DNA of 64,000 nucleotides from Rhizodiscina lignyota (Eukaryota): NCBI GenBank assembly GCA_010015805.1, contig ML978139.1, positions 186,001 to 250,000 of the forward strand, read 5' to 3'. Shown piece by piece: positions 47,023 to 60,300 of this stretch (position 1 is its first letter; each line of letters starts with the position of its first letter). The notes under the pieces were generated by a model. It saw only the letters and a program-made list of their open reading frames with translations, ran no database searches and was not told where the DNA came from. The position numbers and the translations under genes were made by a program.

Positions 47023-47335
47023 TCAAGTGCAGCTACACTGTCCTTGTATAAAGGAGCAGTCATTCCCGCGCGCTGTGCATGGTGCACTCGTTGGACAGAC
47101 ACAAGTCCCGCCATTGTCGAGCACACACTGCCCGGTCGACGGGCCTGGAGTTGGGAAGTTGCATTCACCCTCGATCAAAGGAGGGGGCTATGCCGCATAC
47201 TTGTTAGCTGCATAAGGATGGCAAATAGCAGCATCTGCAACTCACTGGCGGCTCGACCGTACGGTCATCGAGCACTGGTACTACTACCATAGCGGAGGTG
47301 GCGCAAGCCAGAGCGATGAGGATGATTGACTTCAT
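47023..47335 (-). CDS. Small secreted 8-cysteine peptide, AFP antifungal-protein-like, 84 aa
   Basis: Exons 47246-47335 and 47023-47187 (intron GTGAGT...GCTAAC...TAG). Protein MKSIILIALACATSA-MVVVPVLDDRTVEPP|PPPLIEGECNFPTPGPSTGQCVLDNGGTCVCPTSAPCTARGNDCSFIQGQCSCT. Not present in the ORF track. Confidence 0.8.
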
Positions 47336-47433
47336 GTTGATAGTAGGACGCAAGAGTGATTCTCGAGAAGATGTAAATGACTGGAGAAGTGGATGGATGG
47401 GAAGTCGAGAGTCGAGGTTGCGTGGTGGGCTCC

Positions 47434-47443
47434 TTTTTATATA
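47434..47443 (-). promoter_or_regulatory. TATA box of the secreted Cys-rich peptide gene
   Basis: TATATAAAAA on the minus strand, about 100 nt upstream of ATG 47335. Confidence 0.6.
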
Positions 47444-48064
47444 TGCTTACGCCGCTTTACCTCTCGCCCAAGATCGGCCATATTAGGTTTAAGGGCATGT
47501 TCTGTTTGGCAGTGACTTGAATTAATGACAGATCCATTGTTGAGGGCGGCAACGTAACGATCCCTAAACTTGGTCTGTTTCAACAAACAGGAATTCAAGA
47601 GCATCTCGGGTGACATCAAAGATGACTTAGGCATTTCCCGATTTGGTCGAATGGAGATCCTATTTTTGCGTACGCTGGCGGCCGCTTCCACTTCGTTTGA
47701 TGGGATTCACCACTAGATACCTCCATGATGAAGCCCCTGCGGGGGATCGGCGGTAAGATTGTAAGCGGCGAGGATCGTGGATTTCCCATGGTTTGCTATG
47801 TCCAAATATAATAATGTCAGTCGAACCGAGTCAACACTGAGCTCAACGTATAGTGTATACGCAACATCTCACATCTTGCAGCGATCGACAACAACTTGCA
47901 CAGTTTAAGGTTATCCCTTTGCAGAATGAAGGAATGTTAGCAGGAGCCAAAGTTAGCATTCATTCACAGAGTATATCACTAATCCAGAACCTCGGAAACT
48001 CCTAAGCACAAAGTCTACAAAGCGGAGAGTGCCCCCTTCAAACCATAGGTATTGCTTTTTCCAC

Positions 48065-50274
48065 TCATGCGCCCGTGTACTGACCCAGCCCTGCCCCAGT
48101 TCCCATGCCCGCCGCCCAAGTCCCCGAGCTGATGCCAAAGTCCTGCCAAAATGCATTGTCAAAGTCGTAATAAAGCCCGCCCATGTAAATGTCCTCCATG
48201 CTCGGCAGAATCGTAGGCGCCGACTGCAGAGTCAGCTCGTCTGGACGCCCTTGCTTGTCCGCCGCCTCTGCCGACAGCCGCGTCTCGTACGCCGACTTCA
48301 TGTTCAGCTTCCGCCGCATGAAGCGATGGAAGATGTCCTTGTTCGAGACGCCCATTTCATGCGTCCGGCGCATGTTGATCACGTTCTGGAGGCCGTTTAG
48401 CTCGAAGTCGAGGAAGGAGGGTATTTCTAGCTGTGCCCGAATGTATGGTACCTCCCAGCCCGGGTGGTCGAAGAATGCTAGTTCGCATGCAGTCTGCATT
48501 ACCAAGCCGGACTGGATCCACGTCGTGAATGGGAAATAGAGGTAGTGCGACTGTGGAACCGTGCGGTAGAGATCGGTGAAATTTTTGATGGTGACCAAGC
48601 AGTTATTGAGCACCTCGAGAACTTGCAGCCGTTCCATTGGGCCGCCCAGGTCCTCGGGCTTCTCTAGGATGACAGTTTCGTATAGATAGACTTCGGCACC
48701 ATAATAGTTGAGGAGAAGAATGGTGTTATGTTGAAGCTCGTCTGGCCAGGTCTTCTTGAAGTTATAGAGCTCTGACTGGAGGACTTTGATGGCCATGTAT
48801 GCGGGTACTTGTGGATTGGTCTTGATGGCGGGATTCTCTCCGCGTGGAAAAGCCTTGCCGATGCAGTCGACGATACGTTGCAATTTGACCATGTATACAA
48901 GTTGGACATCAGTCGGAACCTGTTTCGCCTGTTCCAAGGCAGTACAGCAGTCTTCCATGTATTCGTTGTAGTCAAACTGGTCCATGACTACACTTCCAGA
49001 AAGCGTGCACCTGAGTTGCATTAGCAAATAATCGTCTTTTTGGGGGACACAGTGAACTTTACTTCACCGAGGTAAGGTAATAACATCCAAGAAGGGCTCT
49101 TTGCTCTTCCAGTGTCCTGGGAGTGTAGTCTCGCGCAGCGTGAGCAACTTGCGAGTTTACGTAGCCCTTCATGAACAGCAAGCGCCTGTTAAGTGATCCA
49201 GGTGGTCTATCGAGCTGCAGATTGACGATGAGAGACTTCGTCATATGCAGAAGTGTCGTCATCTGCCCATTAATTGGAAACATTACAAAGTTCCTGTCGG
49301 CCACATCAGAATGGCGTTACCGAATCCGGTCAACATACGTACCAAGCAGTGAAGAGAAGCATCCCTTGAAGAAGCTCTGCCGTCTTTTCCGGCCGTAGCA
49401 GTAGCCTTGAGGCGATGTCATTCAGAATCTTTTCGCCGAGTGCTACCTGCCGATGATAGTTGGCCGTCGAGCAGACGAAATGAATGACATCAAGGAAAAA
49501 CGGTCGTCTCTCCTCGACATCTGAGAAGCCTATCTGAGGTGAAGCAATCGCAAATGGAAAGTACGGAGTCAGCACAGTTCGATAAGTATGCAGAAGAGCT
49601 TCTGCCTCGCCGCTCTGGAGTTCCAGTTCCCTTGGTAGACGAGTAGCTGGGCTGGCACCCAAGGTCAGATCTGGACCAGATCTTAGGGAATCACGGAAAG
49701 GTGTCGCTTCAGTGGCGGATGGCGGACATGTGCGCTCGAAAGGTGGCACTGCTTGAGCTTCGCGATAGCCATTAAGTTGCGCGGAGCTAGGGCTCGGGCC
49801 AGTTCCAGAACTCGTCGAGATGTCGCGATCGAGCGATCCTGATGGCTGCGACGGCGGGCTACGCTGATCTGATGCTGGCTCCTTTTGAGTTGAAGAGAGG
49901 AGATTAACTATGCTGTCGAGCTTCTGCTCGAGATTGGCGACGCGTCTGGCTCATCCAATCAGTTCCTTTATCTCCGAGAGAGAGATCGCACGACATACGC
50001 TTGAGTTGCAGGAACACTTCGTCTCTTTCGCTGCTGTGGTATCCTTGTAGTGCACTCGCGATTGAGTTTCTCACACCTGCAACAGGTTAAATGGTCATTG
50101 CGCGGCTTATTCGTGTGCTGACCCGGTCTTTTACCTCTCGCATCTTGGACCACTGGTAGGGATACACTTGGTCTTTGCAATACCGCACTGTCTGCAGGCG
50201 CCCTTATTGTACGGCGTCCGCCTTTTGCCGGGGATATGATCGTCGTCTATGATCTCGTCTTCAATCTCGGACAT
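48065..50274 (-). CDS. Zn(II)2Cys6 binuclear-cluster transcription factor, about 665 aa
   Basis: Exons 50135-50274, 49999-50076, 49343-49945, 49063-49293, 48065-49010. ACRQCGIAKTKC...RCER|CEKLNREC, coiled coil ARVANLEQKLD, middle region PYFPF, ELLQGMLL, EEQRALLGCYYL. Confidence 0.9.
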
Positions 50275-50930
50275 CTTGAAGACTTGCCATGTCGTTGACG
50301 AAGGGCAAATGTTGACGTCGGCGTTTAAAGTTAGGGTTGAAAGCCACCCGCAGCCTCTTTTAGGTGATTAGTCATGCACCTCGCCCGTCATGTTCGTCTC
50401 AATCCTTCCGAAATTTTTTCACATGTCCTGAGCCCTTTCCAAGAAAGTGATACTAGGCTTGACAAGATCTTGCTTTGGACACCTTATGAATGCAATTGAG
50501 ACCTTGCGATGTGTTTGAGTTTCATGTAGTCACTCGGTCTCCCAGCTTCTTCCACACTGCTCAAGACACCTAGCCTTTGTGCATAGCCGTGTCTCGACAT
50601 AGTTTTCAAAATGACAAGATGACTCTGTATGGCCATGCCCATTACCTCAGATCCAAAGAATGTAGAATTCGTTTCAACATTGAGTGGACACAAACATACA
50701 TTAGGCTACTGGTGTCCTTCACTTTAAAGCGCCACAGATTATTGAGGGGAAAGGCTCGCCGCCTGGGCGAAACTTTAGTTAACATCGGTATATAGTTCAT
50801 TCCCTTAGGTTTAACACCAACACAGTCCACGCATTTAAAAGGCATGCTACCATCTTCCTAGATTTCATTTTGACCGCCCTTCCGCCTCTCCCTGCGAAAG
50901 ACTGAGGATTTCGTCCTCAAACACTCAAGC

Positions 50931-51943
50931 ATGTCTGCAGAGCGGACGGTAAACTTCACAGACTCCTTTGACCTCACCCTCTTGGTCGAGAAAAACAGCG
51001 ATGCGACTTTCAAAGCAGCCTTCCAAGTCCTGTCATCATGCGTTTGCCTTGCCAGCCCCGTCTTCAAGGCCATGCTACAAGGTCCCTTCAAGGAAAAGAA
51101 TAACGAAGCTATCGAATTGCCCGAAGATGACTCGGTTGCACTAGAATGGATACTTCAAATCGCCCATCTACGTTTCGACACGCTTCCAACATTCACAAAG
51201 GAACACATCCTCAAACTTGCTGTTACCGGAGACAAATACCGATGTCTTACCATATTTCATCCTTGGATGGATCAGCTCAGAACCCTAATGTATCAGGGAG
51301 CCGCCGATCTAGCTACCATCGACGGTGCAGTATTTGCAACATGGGTTTTTAAGGATCAGAATGCCTTTAAGAGAGCACTGGAGAGTGCTATACTTCATAG
51401 CGCGCGCAGCGAACACGGCCTTGTGGTGAAAAATCGCACACTTCATGACGACCTACTGCCAGTTGGTGTGAAAGGTACGTATACCGCATAATTTTTATTA
51501 CTTGTATCAAAGCTGATATTCCTGTAGATCATATAATGGCTGCTCGTCGACAGCTTCTTGAGAAGATTGCCAGCATCTGCCGCGACACGAGAAAATCGCT
51601 TCTTACGTATGCCATTTGTGCGAGCTCAATTTCCAATGCCATGTGGAAAGAGGAGTGTAACTGCCTAATCCTCGGTGCATTCAGTCGTGCCATACACAAT
51701 AAGTTTATCAATGCGGAGATGACTCGCTGGGCTAAAGAAAATACAACCGTCAGTGGTTTAGCTACCTCAGCGAAGGAAGGTCTTCGTCGTCCCCCCGGCT
51801 TAGGCCGCAACGATCACAGTGCTTGCTGGAATCGACTGAATCCCCGGGTTGCTGAAGTCGATAAGTTGTTGCAGTCGGTTCAAGAATATCTCAAGTTTGG
51901 GGAAGAACATTTCAATGGAGCGAAGGAATCCAATTTGAGATAA
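50931..51943 (+). CDS. Fungal BTB/POZ-domain protein (paralog 1), 319 aa
   Basis: Exons 50931-51474 and 51528-51943. Motifs DLTLLV, FQV, LASPVFKAML, IELPEDD, LQIAH, DKY. Confidence 0.85.
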
Positions 51944-52524
51944 ATATGAGCATGGCTACAATGTCTATTTTGGGCTCACAACTCAGGATGAAAAAAAATT
52001 CGACGTACGTTTCCTGGAAGGGAGATCACTTCGGGTTTCGGTGGAGAGGTCGTGGGTTTCAGATGCTTGGTCGGAGAACGAGTCTTTCGCGTGGGAATTG
52101 AGGATCAGTACAAGTTATCAGGTCAAGAGCTTTCGCTGCGACTCTATTCTGCTTTAGACAGCTTCACACACTATAGTCACGCGTGTGTGTGCGTCACAAA
52201 ATTCTAAATCAACACTCTCCTAGCTGTTTAGAAGTTCAACGGGCTTAGTCCACCAATTCCTTTTCTGTACTCTAACCACTGTAACAAACTTTCCCTCTTA
52301 CGTCAGGCCTACAGCACAAAGGATGGTTCGGGCATCAGAGGTGCCTAGCGGTGGGGTGTGTTACGCCACGTTTGCGTGCCAATATATGTACACAGATACT
52401 GTTTTTCGGATCAGATCTCGACCTTTCGCATCCTCCCTCCGCAAACACCATTCACCGCACACACATATCACCTCCACCCAAGCAGAAAGATGGATTCGAT
52501 CTGATAAAAGTTTTCGAAAGGACC

Positions 52525-53552
52525 ATGGACGATGAAAGTAAGGTCGTTGAAATCGTTACGCAGAGCAATCTTACTCTCATCGTAGGGGAAGGAAAAGAGA
52601 AGGTTACCTTCAAAGTCATAAGGGATGCCTTGCGTCTCGCCAGTCCGATATGGAATGTCATGTTCGACCCCGACAAACTCTATATAGAGGGCAACTCGAA
52701 CGAGGTGTGTCTGCCAAAGGATGACACAATAGCAATGGAGACGGTCCTACAAATCGCGCACCTCCGTTTCCAAGAAGTTCCAACAACCTTCGACAGCGAA
52801 GAACTTTTCAACCTTGCCATACTCTGCGATAAATACGACAATGCGCACCTTATTGCACCATTTTTGGATAAGAGGTCCTTCCGCTATTTCCAAGAACAAC
52901 TTGATGAGGGTGGAGGTGTTGCTGTCGAGGCAGCGCTTGTGGCTTGGACGTTTGGTGATCGCGCTACACTTGCAAAAGCGATGCCAACGCTTATTACGAG
53001 GACCGATCTCTCACGAGAGCGGCCCGCAGGGCAGGAGGGTGTTTATGATGGCCTCCTTCCTCCGGCATTGACTGGTAAGATCTTTTTACCCTTGCTCAGA
53101 TATATGTACTGACCCCAACAGACTACATCAAGAGAGAGCGTGATTCGTTGTTTCACTGGTTGAAAAGGGAGTACCAGAGATGCACGGACACACTGAGCTG
53201 CGACCATTTTCTCCGTGGCTGCCGCAAAGATGGCTACAGCTGTATTACCGCGGAACGCGTCAGTTGCTGTATGATGCAGCTTGGTTACATATTGAGATGC
53301 GTCAAGTACGAATGCCCTGGCTTGGAAGAGAGTGAACTCCGCGATGAAGACATGCTCGAAGACTATGTTCAGCAGCTTTTGAGTGCTGCTCAGATGTCTC
53401 ACGGAATCCACGACGGATGCAAGCCTGGCTTTTTGGTCGAGACACTGAGAAATTTTTGGGTGGTGGTGCCAACGGGCTCGGCGCTACCAATAGGAAATGC
53501 AAGGCACGGTAAGGCGTGCGCGGACGAAATGGACTTTGAGGGCTGTGAATGA
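52525..53552 (+). CDS. Fungal BTB/POZ-domain protein (paralog 2), 326 aa
   Basis: Exons 52525-53074 and 53122-53552. Motifs NLTLIVG, FKV, LASPIWNVMF, LPKDD, LQIAH, LAILCDKYD. Confidence 0.85.
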
Positions 53553-53697
53553 GTTCACTGAGCTCATATGGAGCGCAGAGTGGTGCTCGAACCTCGTTTG
53601 AACAAGTTATGACTAAGGTTTAAGATGGTTTGAATTGAACAGTCTAGACTCGTTTGAATTAGTTTATTTCATTTGCGATACAGCCCAGGGCTTTGCT

Positions 53698-53727
53698 GAG
53701 TGCGAAAGAGTGCGAAAGAGTGCAAAA
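53698..53727 (+). repeat. Short tandem repeat (GAGTGCGAAA)x3, last copy imperfect
   Basis: gagtgcgaaa gagtgcgaaa gagtgcaaaa read directly. Confidence 0.7.
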
Positions 53728-54507
53728 ATTACGAGGTGGGCGAGTCTCAAACTTGAAAATGCATAGAAGCATGTGAGATTAGGAGTTATCCTCCTAAAAA
53801 GTCACCAGCACCCCCGCACTCTCCAGCACCAATATAATCAGATCTCAGGAGGTGCCCCTCGTTCAAGCACCACTCTGATGGAGCGTACAGAGCAGTCGCA
53901 AAAGTGGTGGTTGAACTAGGTATCTTACAATGCCTCCAGTAACAACGGCAGAGGCCATGCTCACTACTCATGACGATCATTATCCCCTCTCGTACTACTA
54001 GCGTAGACACTCGAGAAAACATAACGCCTAGCTCTTAGAGACAGTCTCGCCTACTTTGAACGCGAACGATGTGCTCGGTCTTAGGCGCTACAGCTTGTCC
54101 CATGCCCATTCTATATACCCTCTAGAGATAATAGGATATGCAAGAAGTACAGCCGTACTGCTATTATCGTTTACACTCCAAAGAACGTAGAACTAAGCCT
54201 TTAGGGATAGTCTCACGGACCTTGAAGTGCAAGAATTGTTCATTATTGGGCGTTACACCTGGCCAGACGGTGAACTATTTTGCCAACCTTGATTCATTGC
54301 AAAGCGGAGACACTGCGTCCCTTCAATCTCCAGCGGCAGTTACTCTTGTAGCACGGACATGCTGAAATCCGTTGATGCTCAATCGCATCCCGTTTGACGT
54401 GGATCAGTGGTGGCAGGCATCGCTAGTTCTGACGCGAATTCGGTAGCACTTAGCTAGTTCTCCAAATGGGTTGATCCGATGCATGAACTGCAAGAAGCCA
54501 TGTAATC

Positions 54508-55060
54508 TCAACCGTTACTCTCTTGCGATTGCTCCTGTAAGCTCGCCATGAGCTCGATGAACTCCTTCATAGCCTGTCCATCTGCCGTATCGCTATTCCT
54601 TCCCCACTTCATCAATTGCAAAACGTGCTCATCCGCTTTTTTCTGTCTCGATTGTTCCTGATCACGCCGCGGAGCTTGATAGCTGTTTGTTGGCCTGTCC
54701 ACTGGTGGCCTTGACCGTACGCGGGAATACATGCTGCCCAGTTGTGCTTTCAGCTGTGGATGTCGCTTTAGGAGGTCGACAAAGGCGGGATGTTTGGTAA
54801 CGTCTTCTACACTGAGTCCAGGCCGAGAAGGCTTTGGAACCTGTACTGCTTGTGGTGTAATCGGTGGAGCTGGGGTGTCTTGCGAGACACTTCCAGAGTC
54901 ATGTGTGGCTTTGTGGTTCTTGTAACATGCAATTGAGCAACTGTAACCAAGTCAGAATCGGCTAGGAAGAGTGTATGTTAGAATCCTACTATGGCAATTT
55001 GCATGTCGGACATTTGTATTTCGGTGGATGTGCCTTGCATATGCCACATATGACACTCAT
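54508..55060 (-). CDS. HIT1: HIT-type zinc finger protein (Hit1/ZNHIT3-like box C/D snoRNP assembly factor), 167 aa
   Basis: Exons 54990-55060 and 54508-54940. MSVICGICKAHPPKYKCPTCKLPY|CSIACYKNHK is a zf-HIT domain. The ORF track shows only the C-terminal fragment. Confidence 0.8.
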
Positions 55061-55242
55061 CTTGTCGTTGAATTGGCGGGGAGGAAGGGAGTAAAGAATC
55101 TGTGAAGGACGATGGAGGGGGGTTGGAGCTACAAAAGCTGCGGAGCGTTCGGAGGTGTACCGAAAAGGGAAAGGCGTGATCTCGTAACTTCATCACCACC
55201 ACATGAAGCCGCAAAGACATTACCCATTGACTTTCAGCAAAC

Positions 55243-56192
55243 ATGAATGGCGCAAGACATACCGAAACCTTTTTCAAGAGGACTCCAAGCTTTCAAAGCT
55301 GGATATGTGACTCATGCGCACGATGCACACGAAGACAGCGCTCTCCGATGTCATTTCCATCGAGGCATTTCACCAGCCTCGGACGGTTAAGACAGTATGC
55401 CAACCCCCAAATGGCACAGATGCGCGCTCAATATAGCAAGAAGAATCGGACACTCTTGTAGGTGTCCAATTTGGTTCTCAGTTCATGGCACATCCTTACA
55501 ATATGATTCAGAAATTACACGCTGAGTCTCATCGTCGGCACTGTTGCCCTCTCATACGGTTCCGTCCCATTATACAAGACAGTATGCCAATGACTCCTCA
55601 ATGTTCTATTCAATCACCCTGATTGACACGTTCTAGATATGCCAGCAAACAGGTTGGGGCGGCCAACCCGTCAAAGCCCACCAATACGCCGCATCCGACC
55701 CTTCCACACGCCTCACACCACTTACCGACTACCCTCGTCTCCGCATAACTTTCAGCTCCTCCGTGTCCGATGTACTACCCTGGAAATTCACCCCTCAGCA
55801 GCGCGAAGTGCGCGTACATCCCGGCGAGACCGCATTAGCATTCTACACCGCGACGAACAGGTCCCCAGACGACATCATCGGCGTAGCGACGTACTCCGTC
55901 ACACCCGCACAAGTGGCGCCGTATTTCAGCAAGATACAATGTTTTTGCTTCGAAGAACAGCGACTTGCAGCGGGCGAGACAGTAGATATGCCGGTGTTCT
56001 TTTATATCGATCCAGAGTTTGTGAAGGATGTGAATATGAAGGGCATTGAGACAATTACGTTGAATTATACCTTTTTCAGTGAGTGCTATTCCACCAGCCG
56101 TACTCTTTTCTGATGAGTGGTCGCTAATACCGGGCATAGAAGCAAAATACGACAGGGCAGGCCATCTCACGCCTATCCCCATGCCGATGTAA
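55243..56192 (+). CDS. COX11: Cytochrome c oxidase assembly copper chaperone Cox11, about 259 aa
   Basis: Exons 55243-55457, 55512-55581, 55637-56078, 56140-56192. Motifs SYGSVPLYKT|ICQQTGWGG, LPWKFTP, VHPGETAL, YFSKIQCFCFEEQ, MPVFFYIDP. Confidence 0.95.
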
Positions 56193-57364
56193 ATCTCAGC
56201 ATTCGAGGAGGAGTATCTGTATTATTCAAAAGAGCGTTAGTCCGGAGCAAAGACTGGCTTCTAATGACTACCTTGTTTGACTAATGGCGAACCTCCTGTA
56301 AATTACAAAAATATTATCCAGCTCAACTCGAGCTCAACTCTACTCAGGTTTGACCGCCTCTGCTCTGGCTGTTCGCATCACCTTTGCATCTAACCCCGAT
56401 TTGGTTCCCTTCAACTCCTTGTCCTTTGTTCTTGGTATTAGCATGCCGGCTGACCATCATGCCGATAACTCGTAACTTTATGCAAAGAACATCACCAAAG
56501 TTTTCCCGTCTGCCGCAGAATATGGGTCACTTATGTTATGATGAATCGGTCTCAATGTGGGCCATCCTCAGGGCTACCCGTAGTTTCCACGTTCAATCAA
56601 AGTCATATACGCATAGACTTCCGCCCTCTCGTGCCATTACCTTGTGGCCCTGACCCCTCTCTCGAAAGGCTGGTACCGTTTGCGCTCGAACAGGAATTGA
56701 TTGAACACGCCGAGACCTCACCAACATTTATCTGCAGAGTCTCTACCATCGAAAGCAACAGAGTGGTCTTTGAGTCTTCTCAGCTCGAAATTGGGTCCAT
56801 GAACCAAGTCTGCATCAGGAACATGGGCGTGACAGCTGATATGCTAGGTGCCAAAACCGTAAAAGCTCATGTGCGTCTTCTACAAACTACATTTGTAGTC
56901 GCGAGTGTTATTAGAGTTACGCTTTGGCTGCGACTCGTTTAGTAGCCGACGGTCTCGTGCCGATCCGGAGCCGTGTGCGGCTGAAACCCAGCTGGAGGCC
57001 AGACCGTATTCGCTCCTTGCTTTAGCAAATGCCCTTCTTTGAGGTATCTGGTGCGATGACCTGGACACGATGATGTAGTCATTACTGTTACGTTCCCTCG
57101 AGCATTCTTTACGTTTGGTCGACGTATATGAGAATTTCTGCAGTCTGTTAGCAATACAGTCAATATTATTATGTAGAAGGCATTTAAGCTCGCATGCTCA
57201 GGTTGAAGGATGGAAATTGAGTTCGCTAGAGCCAGTTTCATACGTAGAGTAGGTATATCGCTAACCATGGTATCTCGGATATTCTCCAATCACAAATGTG
57301 CAAAGATTATATATCTTTCATCACGCTTTTGTTTCCTTGACATTTCCGACGAATGAGCCATTAA

Positions 57365-60300
57365 CTACTTCTCCAAGCTACTACCCCTCCACTTCTTCGG
57401 CACAACACCATGGCCTTTCTTCTCCCTTTTCAGCGCTTCTTCCACCAACTTTACAGCCTCTTGCTCTACGTCCTCACCAATCTTCCAACTCCTCAAAACA
57501 ACGCCTTTCTCCCGCATAAGCTGGCTCGCCTGCACCCAGCGCTGTCTCCACAGCGCCTCCTTCTTGCTCATCTGCGGCTGCTGCTCCCAATACTCGTTCC
57601 GGAAGCTGCCACCACGACTCGGCGGACCGGGACGAAGTGTAGCCATTGAGTTAGATGTGGTTGTCCTCTCAAGAGGGATGTCAGCGCTGGTGCGAGTCGA
57701 GTAAGGTTGAGCTTGTGACGTTGATGTCCCGGAGTAGAGGCCGCTCAGACGGTTGCTGGCATAGCTGGCTGCTGCAGCGGGATACGATGTGATACCGCGC
57801 CGCGGAGGCGGAGGCGGAGGTGGTTTTGACTCCGCGTGAGATTGGGATCGAGGAGCTGGCGGAGGTGGTTTCCTCGCTGCGGCTGCATTGTTGCCTGTGG
57901 CAGGAGTGGTGCCGGGAAGACGAGATTTCACATCGGGAAGTGCATAATAAGCTGTGCTCAGCTTTTGCCCGACAGTGCTTGTGACGGAAGACTGTGCAGA
58001 AGGCTCAGCCGGTTTGTTTTGTTGGGGGTCCTCGTTATGAGGAGAAGGAGACTGCGTTCGCACAGAACTCGATGGTCTTCTAGGCTTCGGAGGCGGCGGT
58101 TTCAAACCACCGTGCCCGTTTGTCTGGACCGGCGAGACGCTGTTCACACGCTCTTGTGATGGTCCTCCTTGTAATCCCACTGGTTTTCGTGGTGGTGCTG
58201 GCGCCGGTGACTTGTTGCTAGGTATGGGCGACAGGGTGGGAGGCTTCCTCGCGATTGGTGGAGGTTGCGGGGATGGAACTGACTGTACGCGTTTCAATGG
58301 CGCAGGTGGCTTCACTGTTGGCTTGTCATCATCGCTGAAGTCGATCAAATCTTCTGTTGGAGAATCCATCTTGTGCATTTGCGGAGCAGCTAGAGCTGAG
58401 CGCCTCGGCGGAAGCTGCGGGCGCTCACTCTTCTTAGATCGCAGAGATCGACTAGGCAACAACCTCCTTGGAGAGACAGGTGGTGCAGCCTGAGGTTCTT
58501 GCTCCCCTAGGTCCCTTAGTGAGGCTCGAATCGCAGCTTTAAATTCTGGATCGTCATCTTCTTCTGTACTTGTCGAGATAGAGCTTCGGGCCAGACTACG
58601 CCTTTTGCTGCTGTAATCTGAGTAGTCTCTGATAGGCCCGAGTCTGGGAGACATAGTCGGAGTTATCCTTGGAGAACGTCGCGGTGATCCGCCGGGAGAG
58701 GGAGTTGCACTCGGTGGACGAGAGGAGGTGAAGAATGAACTCGACGGCCTTGTGGTGACATCGCGAATGAAGACTCCAAGTACGCGACCGGGATTTTCCA
58801 GAACGAAGTCCGTATAGACTTCCAAGTCTGCCTCGCCGCTGTCGCCGACGAGGATGAAGCTGCGTTCTGGGAAATCGTGTGCGAGTTTGTCGAGCGTCGA
58901 CTTTTTTCGCTCTGCCACAGGCTCGAAAATGCCCTGCAGCATTCCGCTATATTGCTTCAAGTGAAATGAGCCTGGTGGAAGACCGGCGAGAGAAAAGAAC
59001 TTCGTCAAAGCGGGATATAGCTGCCACGGCGAATTTGAAACGTAATGGAACTTGACGCCCATTTTGGCCAGTTTATTGTACCATTCCTTGACTCCCTCAA
59101 TTGTAAGATCTCCAAGCTCCCTGATGAAGGCATTCCGGAAGATCTCTCTTGCGCCACTACCAATTGCAGAGTGCTTGATGGTGTCATCAATGTCGCTTAT
59201 AAGACTGACACCTCGGGTATCAGTAACAATAACCTCTTCTGTCACCGATAAATCTTCAGAAGCTAGTACCCGAACATGCGTAGGGACGAACTCAAGCGCT
59301 ACCCGGATTGAGAAATGGCCATTATTATCCGTATAGATTGTTCGTTGCTGCGAATGATCGTCGTTGTAGAAGAACGCGCTGATAGCAGTATTTGCGAGTG
59401 GATTCGCCAGAAACGGTCTCAATCTCGCCATCAAATGAGAATTGGCCATGGCAAGTTCCGTAGAAGTCATTTCAGTCGGTTGATTCCACGAAGCTCTCTT
59501 TTGAACGGGAGTTATTTTTGGTATATCATTTCCTGGGCCGTCAACGCTGGTGACGTTTTTCAGAGGAGATGGATCTGTCCCAGACACCTTTCTCGGACTC
59601 GATATGCTCGAGGGACCTTGAGAAGATGTGACAGTATCGCCATCAGCACCGCCTCCTGGCCGTTCGCTATAGCCGCCACGGGCTGCAATATCCGCTTCAG
59701 CCTCGCCTCTCCGCAAGATGTTCTCCGCCTCTTTAGCAACCTGTTCATTTTCGTGCCGAGCCGCTCGCGATTCCAGTTGCTCTCTTGGGGATCGGGGAGG
59801 ACGTGGACTGCCACTCCTGCTCGGTACACAGCTTGATGCGCTTGAGGTTTGTGAGTTCTGGTTTGGAAGCCCTGCCAGTTGCTTTGCGAGGCTGATGAAC
59901 AATCTCTGCTTCCGATTCATCTGACCTTTGTGAGGTGCATAAAGCCACCCTCTCACATCCACATCGACAATAGCATGGTCGTCCTCGTACTTCTCCCATT
60001 GCTCTTTCCAATACTCTGCATCCCCTGTTCCTGTGGAATCTCTTGCATCTCTGCCTGTTCCAGGAGTCTGCTGTATCGTCCCTGGTACAGCCTTCGGTTT
60101 TCTCCTCATATGCTTCCTCGCATAACTCGGAAATATAATCATTTGCTCATCCCCGCTCCTTACAACAGCTGCGTCCGGAAACGCGCCCGGCACTTCGGTA
60201 CCATCGTCATAGTCGTTTGGCTCATTACGCTCCCGCCACGCCTGCGCAGCAGTCTCCTGATACGTCTGCCGCAGCTCATTCGCCGCCTTCAAGTATCCCG

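Noticed and set aside
53780..54480. Possible degraded gene or RIP-mutated relic (frequent CTAG/TTAG)
   Set aside because: I could not recover any coherent reading frame or transposon motif.
56300..57300. Short ORFs and a branch/acceptor-like signal (GCTAAC...CAG near 57138-57152, minus strand) between COX11 and APP1
   Set aside because: No consistent spliced product or recognisable protein. A pseudogene cannot be excluded without tBLASTn.
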